From the NCBI GenBank assembly GCA_035532195.1, contig DATKRM010000204.1:1-59025 (forward strand): a stretch of DNA of 59,025 bases. The letters are read 5' to 3'. The translations under genes were made by a program, and so were the position numbers. The notes beneath the pieces were generated by a model. That model had not been told where the DNA came from. It ran no database searches and was given only the letters and a program-made list of their open reading frames with translations. Source of the stretch: Solirubrobacteraceae bacterium (GTDB lineage Bacteria > Actinomycetota > Thermoleophilia > Solirubrobacterales > Solirubrobacteraceae). This document shows positions 48,026 to 57,875 of the stretch, one piece after another (the first letter of the stretch is position 1; every line of letters begins with the position of its first letter).

Positions 48026-48833
48026 CCGGCCCGCCACCCTGTCGCTGCGCGCGGTCGGCCTGCTGTATCTGGCCGGCCTCCTGCTGCTGCCGGTGGGCGT
48101 CGTGCTGGTCCGAACGTTCGACCACGGCCTGGGCCAGGCCTGGGGCTGGATGACCACGCCGGCGGCGATCAGCGCGCTCTGGCTGACCATCGCGATCGCC
48201 GCGATCGCCGTGCCGCTGAACACCATCTTCGGCGTGGGCTGCTCGCTGGTCCTGGTCCGCGGCAGGGCGCGGGGCCGGGCGATTTTGGACTCGCTCATCG
48301 ACCTGCCGTTTGTCGTCTCGCCGGTGATCGTCGGCCTGGCGCTGATCCTGGTCTACGGTCAGGACGGCTGGTTTGGCAACTGGTTTCTGAATAACGGCAT
48401 CCGGATCATCTACGCGCCCGCCGGAATCGTGATCGCCACCGTGTTCGTGTCGCTTCCGTTCGTGGTCCGTGAGGTGGCGCCGATCCTGATGGAGGTGGGC
48501 GAGGAGCAGGAGGAGGCCGCGGCGACCCTGGGAGCCTCCGGCTGGCAGACGTTCTGGAGGGTCACGCTGCCCTCCATCCGCTGGGGCGTGGCCTACGGCG
48601 TCGTCCTGACCACGGCGCGAGCGCTGGGCGAGATTGGGGCCGTGCTGGTTGTCTCCTCCAACGTCGCCGGCTCGACCCTCACGCTGCCGCTTCTGGTCTA
48701 CCAGCGCGACTCCCAGTTGGGGCCGCAGGCCATCACTGGTGCCTACGCCGCGGCCACGGAGCTGATCGTCCTATCTCTGGCCGTGCTGTTGCTGATGACC
48801 CTATTGGGCTCACGCCGGGAGGTCACGAAATGA
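48015..48833 (+). CDS. cysW: Sulfate ABC transporter permease CysW
   Basis: [44 protein letters not shown]. Confidence 0.94.
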   Translation: MRVSRPATLSLRAVGLLYLAGLLLLPVGVVLVRTFDHGLGQAWGWMTTPAAISALWLTIAIAAIAVPLNTIFGVGCSLVLVRGRARGRAILDSLIDLPFVVSPVIVGLALILVYGQDGWFGNWFLNNGIRIIYAPAGIVIATVFVSLPFVVREVAPILMEVGEEQEEAAATLGASGWQTFWRVTLPSIRWGVAYGVVLTTARALGEIGAVLVVSSNVAGSTLTLPLLVYQRDSQLGPQAITGAYAAATELIVLSLAVLLLMTLLGSRREVTK

Positions 48834-49792
48834 GGATCGAGGTTGTGGATGTGGGCAAGCAGTTCGGCAAGTTCACCGCGCTGACCGACGTCTCGCTGGA
48901 GGTGGCCGAGGGATCTCTGACCGCGTTGCTGGGACCCAGCGGCTCCGGGAAGTCCACGCTGCTGCGGATCATCGCCGGCCTGGAGACGCCGGACTCGGGC
49001 CATGTCCTAACCGACGGCCTGGACGTGACTCGGGCCCGCCCCCAGGATCGGGGTATCGGCTTCGTGTTTCAGCACTACGCGGCGTTCAACCACATGAGCG
49101 TGCGGGAGAACGTCGCGTTCGGATTGCGCATCCGCAAGCTGCCCAAGCCCGAGGTGCAGGCCCGGGTCGACGAGCTGCTCAAGCTCGTGGGCCTGACCGC
49201 GTGGTCGGGCCAGCGCCCGGCTCAGCTGTCGGGCGGCCAGCGGCAGCGCATGGCCCTGGCCCGCGCGCTGGCCGTGGAGCCCCGGGTCCTGCTGCTGGAC
49301 GAGCCGTTCGGCGCGCTGGACGCCAAGGTGCGCGCCGAGCTGCGCCAGTGGCTCCGGCGGCTGCACGACGAGCAGGGCGTGACCACCGTGCTGGTTACCC
49401 ACGACCAGGAGGAGGCCATGGAAGTGGCCGACACCATCGCGGTCATGCATGAGGGCAGGATCGAGCAGACCGGCGCTCCCCGCGATGTCTATGACCGGCC
49501 CGCTACCGACTTCGTCATGGGCTTCCTCGGGCCGGCCGTGCGAGTGGACGGCCAGCTGGTGCGCCCCCACGACCTGCGACTGGCCCTGGAGCCCGAGGAC
49601 CACGCGCTCGAGGCCATGGTCACGAGGGTCGTGCACCTGGGCTTCGAGGTGCGGGTCGAGCTGGAGCTGGCCGACGGTAGGACCGCTCGGGCTCAGCTGA
49701 CCCGCGGCGAGGCGAATCAGCTCGAGCTGTCGGACGGCGACATCGTCTACGTCAGGCCGCCGGTGGCAACCGGCGCCGAGCTCACCGCGTGA
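48830..49792 (+). CDS. cysA: Sulfate ABC transporter ATP-binding subunit
   Basis: [45 protein letters not shown] tail. Confidence 0.95.
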   Translation: MRIEVVDVGKQFGKFTALTDVSLEVAEGSLTALLGPSGSGKSTLLRIIAGLETPDSGHVLTDGLDVTRARPQDRGIGFVFQHYAAFNHMSVRENVAFGLRIRKLPKPEVQARVDELLKLVGLTAWSGQRPAQLSGGQRQRMALARALAVEPRVLLLDEPFGALDAKVRAELRQWLRRLHDEQGVTTVLVTHDQEEAMEVADTIAVMHEGRIEQTGAPRDVYDRPATDFVMGFLGPAVRVDGQLVRPHDLRLALEPEDHALEAMVTRVVHLGFEVRVELELADGRTARAQLTRGEANQLELSDGDIVYVRPPVATGAELTA

Positions 49793-50240
49793 CCCAGGCC
49801 TCCGGATCCTCGCTCAGCTTCACGATCGCTCGGGGCAGGCGTCCTGAGGCCACGTCGGCCACCGTGACCCGCTCCACCACGTCACGCAGGCTCTTGCGCA
49901 CCGCGATCCATACCTTCGGCAACTCGGCGGCGGCGCCCGGGTATTCCGACTCCTCGGGCGGGCCTCCCCGCACCGTGGCCAGCGGACCCTCGACGGCCCG
50001 GATCACGTCGGCGACGCTTATCTGATCGGCGGGCTTGGCCAGCCGGAAGCCGCCCTCGGCACCCCGCTGGCTCCGCACTATCCCCGCGTGGCGCAGCTCC
50101 CCGAGGATGTTCTCCAGGAAGTTCAGGGGGACCCCTTGGGCCGTGGCCACCCGCTCAGCCGTCACTGGGGTCGCGGCCGGGCTCGCGGCCAGCTCCACGA
50201 CCGCGCGAACCGCGTAGTCCGCTTTGGCTGAGATCCGCAC
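49782..50240 (-). CDS. Rrf2 family regulator without cysteines
   Basis: [40 protein letters not shown]. Confidence 0.93.
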   Translation of the reverse strand: MRISAKADYAVRAVVELAASPAATPVTAERVATAQGVPLNFLENILGELRHAGIVRSQRGAEGGFRLAKPADQISVADVIRAVEGPLATVRGGPPEESEYPGAAAELPKVWIAVRKSLRDVVERVTVADVASGRLPRAIVKLSEDPEAWVTR

Positions 50241-50246
50241 GTCGGA

Positions 50247-50684
50247 CTACTTGACGCAGCCGGAGAAGGAGTCCGGAAGGTTCGTGGGCCGGGGAGTGGG
50301 CCCGGTCGGGGCTGTAGCGATCGGGGCCGCGCCGTGTTTGGGACGCTTAGGTGGCACGAGTCCGGGACCTTCGATAATGGTCCCGTTGAACGTCGCGGTC
50401 CAGCACGGAAGCTTCACCGTGACTTTGTAGCCCCGGCCCGCGGTGGCCAGCGCGCTGCAGATCACTACCTGCCCCGCGTGCACGGCGCCTCCCTGGCAGG
50501 AGACCGCCACCGAGTGGTCGGAACCCCGGCTGATCAGCACGCTCTTCATCGAGGCAGCCAACGCCGACGCAGTTATCGATTTGGCCGTCCCGGTCGAGGT
50601 AGCCCCCGGCGTGGATGTAGAGGACCCGCACCCCGCGACGCTAGCGGCAACAACGAGGGCCAGCCCGATGGTTCGCGAGCGCAC
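50247..50684 (-). CDS. Hypothetical lipoprotein
   Basis: Lipobox VAGC, Ser/Thr linker, four further Cys; TACCAT -10 before the GTG. Confidence 0.65.
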   Translation of the reverse strand: MRSRTIGLALVVAASVAGCGSSTSTPGATSTGTAKSITASALAASMKSVLISRGSDHSVAVSCQGGAVHAGQVVICSALATAGRGYKVTVKLPCWTATFNGTIIEGPGLVPPKRPKHGAAPIATAPTGPTPRPTNLPDSFSGCVK

Positions 50685-50740
50685 GTGACGAAATGGTAAT
50701 TGGCGATTCGGATCTCAGCGAGATTGCTGATACCGCCCGG

Positions 50741-51535
50741 TCAGCTTGACGGCTTCTGGGCGCGGATGATCGCGGCGCTGGCCTGCTCGTGGACGCGGTG
50801 GGTCTCTCGGATCTCGATTTGCTCGAATCCCGCGGTCTGGAGCGCGATCCTGAATTCCTCTTCGCTGAGTGCGCCGGCGACACACCCGGTCCAGGCGGCC
50901 ATATCGGCGCGGGTGGCCTCGTCCATTTCGGGGTCAGAGATAACGTCTGAGACGGCGAACCAGCCACCAGGCCGCAGCACCCTCGCCGACTCCCGGAAGA
51001 CCTGGGGCTTGTCGCCGGAGAGGTTGATCACGCAGTTGGAGATGACGACGTCGACGCTCGCGTCCGGGAGGGGCATGTCCTCGAGGTAGCCCTTGAGAAA
51101 CTGGGCATTCTCCAGACCAGCTTCGCGCGCGTTGGCCCGCGCCAGCTCGAGCATCTCGTCGGTCATGTCAAGGCCGATCGCCTTGCCGGTCGGTCCCACG
51201 CGTCGGGCCGAGATGAGTACGTCGGCGCCGGCGCCCGATCCTAGGTCGAGGACCGTCTCCCCCTCGTGGAGCTCCGCCACGGCCGTGGGCACCCCGCAGC
51301 CCAGCGAGGCCTTCAGCGCCGCCTCGGGCACCTCCCGCCCGGCCGCCTCGTCGTACAGCGTGCCGCCGAACACTCCGGTGGCGTCCGCGGGGCTACACGA
51401 GACCGCGTCTGAGCCGCAGCAGCAAGCTTCGGATTCCAGCGCGCGGGCCTGGTCGGAGGCGCCGCGGGTGGCGGCCTTGGCCGCGGCGGCGTACCGCTGG
51501 CGGACGGTGTTACGGATGTCGGTCAGCTCAGCCAT
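50741..51535 (-). CDS. arsM: Arsenite S-adenosylmethionine methyltransferase
   Basis: [42 protein letters not shown]; ATG 51535 overlaps arsR. Confidence 0.94.
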   Translation of the reverse strand: MAELTDIRNTVRQRYAAAAKAATRGASDQARALESEACCCGSDAVSCSPADATGVFGGTLYDEAAGREVPEAALKASLGCGVPTAVAELHEGETVLDLGSGAGADVLISARRVGPTGKAIGLDMTDEMLELARANAREAGLENAQFLKGYLEDMPLPDASVDVVISNCVINLSGDKPQVFRESARVLRPGGWFAVSDVISDPEMDEATRADMAAWTGCVAGALSEEEFRIALQTAGFEQIEIRETHRVHEQASAAIIRAQKPSS

Positions 51536-51876
51536 GCGGATAGCTCCTTGAGGATGTCGGGGATCACGTAGTAGTAGGCCCACAGTCCCTCGCGCTCGGA
51601 GCCGACGATCCCGGCCTGGCGGAGCACCTTGAGGTGGTGGGAGACGGTTGGCTGGGAGAGATCGAACAGCGGCACGAGCTCGCACACGCAGACCTTCCCG
51701 GCGTGCTTGCCAAGCACGTCAACCAGCTGCAGCCGGACGGGGTCGCCGAGCGCCTTGGCGACGGCGGCCATCCGCTCCGCCTGCGCGCGCTCCACGTCGG
51801 GGTACACGACCGGCTCGCAACAGGGTTCCCCGGCCGGCCGTTTGGTCTTCGGGCTCAGCTCCAGATCGACAGTCAT
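51523..51876 (-). CDS. arsR: ArsR/SmtB metalloregulator
   Basis: [30 protein letters not shown]. Confidence 0.94.
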   Translation of the reverse strand: MTVDLELSPKTKRPAGEPCCEPVVYPDVERAQAERMAAVAKALGDPVRLQLVDVLGKHAGKVCVCELVPLFDLSQPTVSHHLKVLRQAGIVGSEREGLWAYYYVIPDILKELSAWLS

Positions 51877-51929
51877 CTATCCACGTATACCGATTTAACT
51901 GATGTTTGTCAATGTATAGACTGCCGCCG
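51877..51929. promoter_or_regulatory. Divergent arsR/aquaporin promoter-operator
   Basis: AT-rich 53-bp spacer with TATAC...GTATA symmetry, a TGAtgtttgTCA dyad, and a TAGACT -10 before ATG 51930. Confidence 0.55.
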
Positions 51930-52650
51930 ATGACTCAAGCGCCGCTGCCCCGGCGGCTGCTCGCCGAGCTGCTGGGATCGGCATTCCTCGCCGCGATCGT
52001 GATCGGATCGGGAATCGCCGCCCAGCGGCTCTCGCCCGCCGATACCGGGCTTGAGCTGCTCGAGAACGCCGCCGCCACCGCGGCCGGCCTCTACGCGATC
52101 ATCCTCATGTTCGGGCCGGTCTCAGGCGGGCACTTCAACCCCGTCGTCTCACTCGCCGACGCCAGCTTTGGAGGGATCCGCTGGCGGGACGCGCTCGCCT
52201 ACACGCCGGCCCAGATCACCGGCTGCACCTTGGGCGCAATCGCCGCCAACGGCATGTTCGCCCACGCTGCCGTCAGCATCTCAACCAAGCACCGCGCCTC
52301 ACCGGCCCATCTGCTGGCCGAGGCGATCGCCACAGCCGGGCTGCTGCTCGTGATCTTCGCGCTCGCCCGCACCAGACGAACGTCCACCGCAGCCGCCGCC
52401 GTAGGCGCCTACATCGGCGCCGCCTACTTCTTCACCAGCTCCACCAGCTTCGCCAACCCCGCCATCAGCATCGGACGCATGTTCTCTGACACCTTCGCGG
52501 GTATCGCCCCGGCCTCCGTGCCTGGATTCGTGATCGCACAACTCGCGGGCGGCGCAGCTGCCGTCCTCGTCGTCCGGGTCCTCTACCCCGATGTCACGCC
52601 ATCCGACGCCGCCGAGGTCGTGGTGCCCCACGCCGAGGATCGCACCCGGC
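51930..52650 (+). CDS. MIP/aquaporin (AqpS-like arsenic channel); reading frame stays open to 53276
   Basis: RRLLAELLGS, SGGHFNPVV, YFFTSSTSFANPAI; similarity ends near VVVPH (~52632) with no in-frame stop. Confidence 0.85.
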
Positions 52651-52673
52651 TGACTGCGCCGTTAAGGCATCGC

Positions 52674-53975
52674 CTAGGTGCTGACGGCGAAGATCCGCCA
52701 CGATCCGGGAACGCCCTTGAGCTCATGTTCCTCGCGGTTCGTGAGGGCTTGGCCGGAGCCAACGATGAGGTCGCGCACGGTGCTGCTGACGAGCACTTCC
52801 CCCGTCTCGGCGAGGCTGCTAATGCGTGCGGCAATGTGTACCGCGAGGCCACCGATGTCGTCATCTGCCAGCAGTTCGCATTCCCCCGTGTGAAGACCGG
52901 CGCGAACCTCCAAGCCAAATGTGCGGACTCCGTCGCGGATCGCGACCGCGCTGCTGATCGCACGGCTTGGGCCGTCGAAGGTGGCGAGCATCCCGTCGCC
53001 GAGCGACTTAATGAACCGGCCCCGGTGTCGCTGCACCTCTTCTCGCACGAGCGCGTCGTGTTGGTCGAGCAGCATGCGCCAGCCGCGATCGCCCAGTTCC
53101 GCCGCGCGCTCGGTCGAGCCCACGATGTCGGTGAAGAGAACGGTGGCGAGCACGCGATCGCTGACGACGGGTCGCCGTGTGCCGGTCAGGAACTCCTCGA
53201 TCTCATCGGCGGCCCGGCCGTTGGCTCCGATCTCAACGTAGCGGGCATTGGGGATGTGAGCCGCGGCGTAGCGTGAGTGGCGCTGGTCGACGAATGCGTC
53301 GTTCGCTCGGCGCAGCACCAGCGTCGGACACTGCACGCTGGGAAGGGCGTCGCGCACATCCAGCTCCCCCACCATCGCCAGCGTCGCGGCTGCGGCGTCG
53401 GGAGTCATTGACAGGCGCCTGTGACGGGCCAGGAGACGTCGTCGGTCCTCATCCTCGCCGGCGAACGCGCCCCATGGCTGATCCAGCGAGCTGCTGCTCC
53501 AGTACTCCGCCACCTTGCGAACGATCGCGTCCCGTTCCTCAACGCTCTGTGCCCACTCGTAGCCCGGACCGCGTACTACGCGCGGCGTCGGCGTTATCAG
53601 CACCAATGCCCGAGCTAGGTTCGGGTGCGAGGCGGCGAACAACACCGCTAACGCGCAGCCCTCGGCGATTGAGATGAGCGCCGGGTCCTCGCAGCCGGCC
53701 GCGTCGAGCACCGCGCGAACATCGTCGATCTGCGCCTCCAACGGCGTCGCGCCGGGAACCCCGCCCGACATCCCCGCGCCACGGCGGTCGAACTGAATCA
53801 GCCGCGCGAACGACGCCAGCTGCCCCAGAAAGCGCGCCCGAGGCGGCAGTTCCCAGTCAAGCTCGATGTTCGAGAAGAACGACGGGACCACCACGACGTC
53901 AAGCTCTCCGTCGCCGACCACCTGATAAGCGATCTGGACATCACCGCTGCGCGCGTACCGCGTGACGAGATCCAT
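52674..53975 (-). CDS. Alpha/beta hydrolase-fold + class III adenylate cyclase (LipJ/Rv1900c architecture)
   Basis: TRYARSGDVQIAYQ, FDRRGAGMS, LATVLFTDIVGST, KSLGDG, RAGLHTGE, GLAVHIAARI, LKGVPG. Confidence 0.92.
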   Translation of the reverse strand: MDLVTRYARSGDVQIAYQVVGDGELDVVVVPSFFSNIELDWELPPRARFLGQLASFARLIQFDRRGAGMSGGVPGATPLEAQIDDVRAVLDAAGCEDPALISIAEGCALAVLFAASHPNLARALVLITPTPRVVRGPGYEWAQSVEERDAIVRKVAEYWSSSSLDQPWGAFAGEDEDRRRLLARHRRLSMTPDAAAATLAMVGELDVRDALPSVQCPTLVLRRANDAFVDQRHSRYAAAHIPNARYVEIGANGRAADEIEEFLTGTRRPVVSDRVLATVLFTDIVGSTERAAELGDRGWRMLLDQHDALVREEVQRHRGRFIKSLGDGMLATFDGPSRAISSAVAIRDGVRTFGLEVRAGLHTGECELLADDDIGGLAVHIAARISSLAETGEVLVSSTVRDLIVGSGQALTNREEHELKGVPGSWRIFAVST

Positions 53976-54050
53976 TCCAAACGCAGCGTAACCTCCGTCA
54001 TCCATCGGGAATCTTCGGGAACGATCGCCTGACCGGAGGTGGCGACACCA

Positions 54051-55295
54051 ATGACCGCAATTGAGCAGACGTTCGTGATCGTCGGCGGCGGGCTCGCCGG
54101 CGGCAACGCCGCGGTGACGCTCCGCGAGGAAGGCTTCGAAGGCCGGATCGTGCTCATCGGCCGGGAGCCGGAGGTCCCGTTTGGCCGCCCGCCGCTGTCG
54201 AAAACGTACCTGCGCTCGGAGGAGGATCTCAGCGGGTGGTATGTCAGACCTCCGACTTGGTACGAGGAGCACGACGTGGAGCGCCTGGAGTCCAGCGTTG
54301 CCGCGCTCGACGTCGAAGCGCACCTCGTTGTGCTCGAGTCAGGCCAAGAGCTCGAGTACCAGAAGCTTCTGATCGCGACGGGCGGGCGGAATCGCCGACT
54401 GACGATTCCGGGAGCGGAGCTCCCGGGGATCTACCAGCTGCGCACGGTCGCCGAATGCGACGCGATCAAGCAGCAGGCGCGCCCGAACCGGTCCGCGGTG
54501 GTCGTGGGGATGGGGTTCATCGGCTGCGAGGTCGCCGCCTCCCTGACGCAGCTCGGGGTTCGCGTCACCGCGATCTTCCCCGGGCCAGCGCCACTGGAAA
54601 AGGTGCTGGGCGAGGAGCTCGGCGCAGCGTTCCTGGCAATCCATCAATCAGAGGGCGTGGACCTGCGAAGCGAGGAGCAGATCGTCGGATTCGAAGGCAC
54701 CGAGCGCGTCGAGGCCGCCTTGACGTCCAGCGGACTCCGGGTGGCCTGCGACTTCGTAGTCGCAGGCATCGGGATCGAGCCTGAGGTACCGAGCTTCCGG
54801 GGACAGCCGGTTGAGCAGTCCAATGGTGTGCTGGTCGACGAATGCTGTCGAACCAGCGCGCCGGACGTCTACGCTGCCGGCGACGTCGCCAACCACTTGC
54901 ATCCAGTGTTCGGCCGCGTCCGCGTAGAGCACTACAACAACGGCGAGCAGATGGGTCGCGCGGCGGCGCGGTCGATGCTCGGCTCAACCGCCCCATACGC
55001 CTACATCCACAGCTTCTGGTCCGACCAATACGAGCACAAGCTCGAGTACGTCGGCCACGTCACGAAATGGGATCAGTTCGTGGTCCGCGGGAGCGTCGAG
55101 GAGCGGAGGCTGGTCGGGTTCTATCTGCTCGACGGGCAGGTCCGGGCGGCCGTCGGCCTAGACCGCGGGGGTGACCCAGAGCTGGACAGCGAGTCGGAGA
55201 TGGCGGCGGCCGCGCGACTCGTGGGCGCTGGCGCTCGACCCACTGCGGGAGAACTCGCGGACGAGGGCGTGGACCTGTGGTCGCTGGCGCGCTAA
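54051..55295 (+). CDS. FAD-dependent ferredoxin reductase-like oxidoreductase
   Basis: IVGGGLAG, RPPLSK, LIATGG, GMGFIGCE, YAAGDVA, FWSDQY; GGAGGT SD. Confidence 0.92.
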   Translation: MTAIEQTFVIVGGGLAGGNAAVTLREEGFEGRIVLIGREPEVPFGRPPLSKTYLRSEEDLSGWYVRPPTWYEEHDVERLESSVAALDVEAHLVVLESGQELEYQKLLIATGGRNRRLTIPGAELPGIYQLRTVAECDAIKQQARPNRSAVVVGMGFIGCEVAASLTQLGVRVTAIFPGPAPLEKVLGEELGAAFLAIHQSEGVDLRSEEQIVGFEGTERVEAALTSSGLRVACDFVVAGIGIEPEVPSFRGQPVEQSNGVLVDECCRTSAPDVYAAGDVANHLHPVFGRVRVEHYNNGEQMGRAAARSMLGSTAPYAYIHSFWSDQYEHKLEYVGHVTKWDQFVVRGSVEERRLVGFYLLDGQVRAAVGLDRGGDPELDSESEMAAAARLVGAGARPTAGELADEGVDLWSLAR

Positions 55296-56017
55296 GCGTT
55301 TGAGAACAGAGGGATGTTGGCCCCGCTGGCGGGAACCAGCGGGCTGTCGAGCAGCGCCACGATCAGGGCGCCTACCTGACCGGGCGTCAGGCCGGGACGA
55401 AGCGCGGGATTGGCGCGACGCAGCATCTCCGTATCCACCGCGCCCGGACTCACGCAGATCGCACTGATCCCGAGCTCCTTACCCTCGACCGCGATCGCCT
55501 CGGTCAGGCCGATGACGCCGTATTTGGAGGCGTTGTAAGCGGTCAGCCCGGGGAACTTTTCGGTGGCGTAGACGCCGGACAGCGACGCGATGTTGACGAT
55601 CCGTCCTCCGCCGCCGGCCCGCATGGCGGCGAACGCCGCGCGACAACACATGAAGGTGCCCGTCAGGTTGATTCCCAGCGTCTCATCCCAGATCTCGGCC
55701 GTGGTCTCGGTGAACCGCGCGGGCGTCAGCACGGCAGCCGCGCAGACGAGGGCCCCAAGCGGCCCATCCGCCTGCAACCCGTCGAACAGGCGCTCGACCT
55801 CGGCGGCGCGGCTGACATCCGTTGCCACCGCCGTGGGCTCGCCGCCGGCGTCGCGGATGCGTCCGACGACGCCGTCGAGGGCCTCCCGGTCACGGGCGGC
55901 CAGCACCACGCGCGCACCCGCCGCCGCGATCGCCTCGGCCGTCGCCGCTCCGATCCCGCGGCTGGCGCCGGTGACGACCGCCAGGCGTCCGGCCAGCCAG
56001 TGTCCTGCCTCAACCAC
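55292..56017 (-). CDS. Short-chain dehydrogenase/reductase (likely NADPH)
   Basis: TGASRGIG, AARD, NIASLSG, YNASK, SPGAVDT; GTG 56017 with a GGAGG SD overlapping the GT stop. Confidence 0.92.
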   Translation of the reverse strand: MVEAGHWLAGRLAVVTGASRGIGAATAEAIAAAGARVVLAARDREALDGVVGRIRDAGGEPTAVATDVSRAAEVERLFDGLQADGPLGALVCAAAVLTPARFTETTAEIWDETLGINLTGTFMCCRAAFAAMRAGGGGRIVNIASLSGVYATEKFPGLTAYNASKYGVIGLTEAIAVEGKELGISAICVSPGAVDTEMLRRANPALRPGLTPGQVGALIVALLDSPLVPASGANIPLFSNA

Positions 56018-57104
56018 CGGCCGCGACCTCCAGGCCGGCGCGGGTCGCTCGTGCGTAGAGCCGCTCGTGCGCGTCGAGACTGAGCTCCAGATCGAGATGG
56101 CGCTCGGCATGATCACGGCATCGGGAACGTGAGAGCTCGGCGGTCCTCGTCACCGCCTCGGCGGCGGCGCTGATGTCGTCGGGCGCCACCAGGAATCCCG
56201 TCACACCGTCGAGGATCACCTCATCGAGCGCGCCCCGGCGGAAGGCCACGACCGGTGTCCCGCACGCTTGCGCCTCGGCCGCGACCATCCCGAACGGCTC
56301 CTCCCACCTGGTCGGGCACAGAACGACGGCTGCCCGCGCCATCACGTCCCAAATGGCGGTTCGGGCAACCCCCCGATGGAGCCCGACGCCCGGATCGGAC
56401 CGTCGCGGTTCGATCCGCTCCCGGGTGTAATCAGCGTCATAGGTGTCGCCGTAGACACCGATCCGGACGCCGGCCGCGCGGGCGATCTCGAGCGCCTCGA
56501 CACAGCCCTTCTCCGGACTGAGCCGGCCAGCGAAGACCGCGCCCTCCCCGGCCGACTGCGACCACCGGATCATCCGCGTCGGGACGAACGGCGGCAGAAT
56601 CGCGTCGACCGCGACGACGCGGCCCCAAGCGCCGGCCTGGGCCGCGGACACGCCGGCCACCATTGTGGCTTTGTCGGAACCAGCGACCCCGCGTAGCGCG
56701 TCGGCCACAGCCGCGTCCGGAGGTAGGTGGAGCGTGTGCACCACCGGCGCGCTCAGGCCCCTGGCCAGGCTGATCGCGGGCGGATCGAAGGCATGATTGT
56801 GGACGACGTCGTAGCGAGCCTCGCGTACGGCGGAATAGACGGTGGCGAACGCCGCCTCGGCCGCGGCCAGACCGTCGGCGGCCGGACCGGAAGCTCTATA
56901 GAGCGTCGCCGCCAGCGCGCTGGGGTCGACCCCCGTGTCGACCACCCGCACGCCAGGCACCTCGGATCCGGAGGCGCAGTACAGGTCGACCTCGTGACCT
57001 CTGGCTACCAGGCCCCGCGCCAGATCGGACACGAATGCCTGCGAGCCGCCGCGCTGCGGCTCGCGGATGGCCGAAACCAGTGGGGCGACAAGCGCGACCC
57101 TCAT
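56010..57104 (-). CDS. GT4 glycosyltransferase (pteridine glycosyltransferase-like)
   Basis: GGSQ, HTLH, FAGRLSPEKG, WEEPFGMVAAEAQACGTPV (EX7E), DGVTGFLV. Confidence 0.9.
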   Translation of the reverse strand: MRVALVAPLVSAIREPQRGGSQAFVSDLARGLVARGHEVDLYCASGSEVPGVRVVDTGVDPSALAATLYRASGPAADGLAAAEAAFATVYSAVREARYDVVHNHAFDPPAISLARGLSAPVVHTLHLPPDAAVADALRGVAGSDKATMVAGVSAAQAGAWGRVVAVDAILPPFVPTRMIRWSQSAGEGAVFAGRLSPEKGCVEALEIARAAGVRIGVYGDTYDADYTRERIEPRRSDPGVGLHRGVARTAIWDVMARAAVVLCPTRWEEPFGMVAAEAQACGTPVVAFRRGALDEVILDGVTGFLVAPDDISAAAEAVTRTAELSRSRCRDHAERHLDLELSLDAHERLYARATRAGLEVAAGG

Positions 57105-57817
57105 CGGGCGATCAGCTTGTACGCCAGGTCACGGGGCGGATTGACCCCCAGCACGTCGTAGGAAACCCGGCTCCACCCGTGGCGCCGGACCTCCTCACCC
57201 CCGCGGGGATAGAACAGCTCGGTCAGCTCGACGGCCTCCTCATGGCTCGCGAACTCGGCGAACATCTCGCCGTCATCGAAGCTCACGTGCCGGTAGCCAT
57301 GGGCAGCCAGCCACGGGACCTCGTTCGGCCAGACGATGACCACGCAGCCACCGGGCCGGCAGACCCGCTCCATCTCCGCCAGGCCCGCCTCGCCGCCATG
57401 CCCCGGAGCCGGGGTGAGCGCCGAGCACGTCACCACCAAGTCCGCGTAGTCGTCGGCCACGGGGAGGTCATCAAAGAAGCCATGGGCCACCCGGGCACGG
57501 TGCCCATGACCCGCTTGCCGGAGTTTCTGATTCAGGATCTCGCGCAGCGGTCCAGCGGGTTCGACCGCCAAGACCTCACGCGCCCGCTCGACGAGTTCCA
57601 GGGTCAACCGGCCCGTCCCGGCACCCACCTCGACGATCCGCTCGACGTCCCGCGGCAACCACGCCAGCACGCCCGGATGAACACGCTCGGCAGCAACCAG
57701 GCGCTCATACAGTTCCGGTTCGAGGCGGTACAGGAGCTCCCAGGCCAGGGTTATGTCGGATCGCGGGTCGGCGGTCTGGCCCGGAGCAAAGCGTTTCGCC
57801 TCGCCTTCGGTGAGCAC
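57101..57817 (-). CDS. Class I SAM-dependent methyltransferase (true start may lie further upstream)
   Basis: VEVGAGTG motif I, AVEP, DLPV, RVCRPGG; ATGA coupling to the GT. Confidence 0.88.
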   Translation of the reverse strand: MLTEGEAKRFAPGQTADPRSDITLAWELLYRLEPELYERLVAAERVHPGVLAWLPRDVERIVEVGAGTGRLTLELVERAREVLAVEPAGPLREILNQKLRQAGHGHRARVAHGFFDDLPVADDYADLVVTCSALTPAPGHGGEAGLAEMERVCRPGGCVVIVWPNEVPWLAAHGYRHVSFDDGEMFAEFASHEEAVELTELFYPRGGEEVRRHGWSRVSYDVLGVNPPRDLAYKLIAR

Positions 57818-57875
57818 GTCAAGTTGCGCCGCCGAGTAGCGCCTCCGCAGCTCGAGCCCACGTCGGGGTCGCGTA

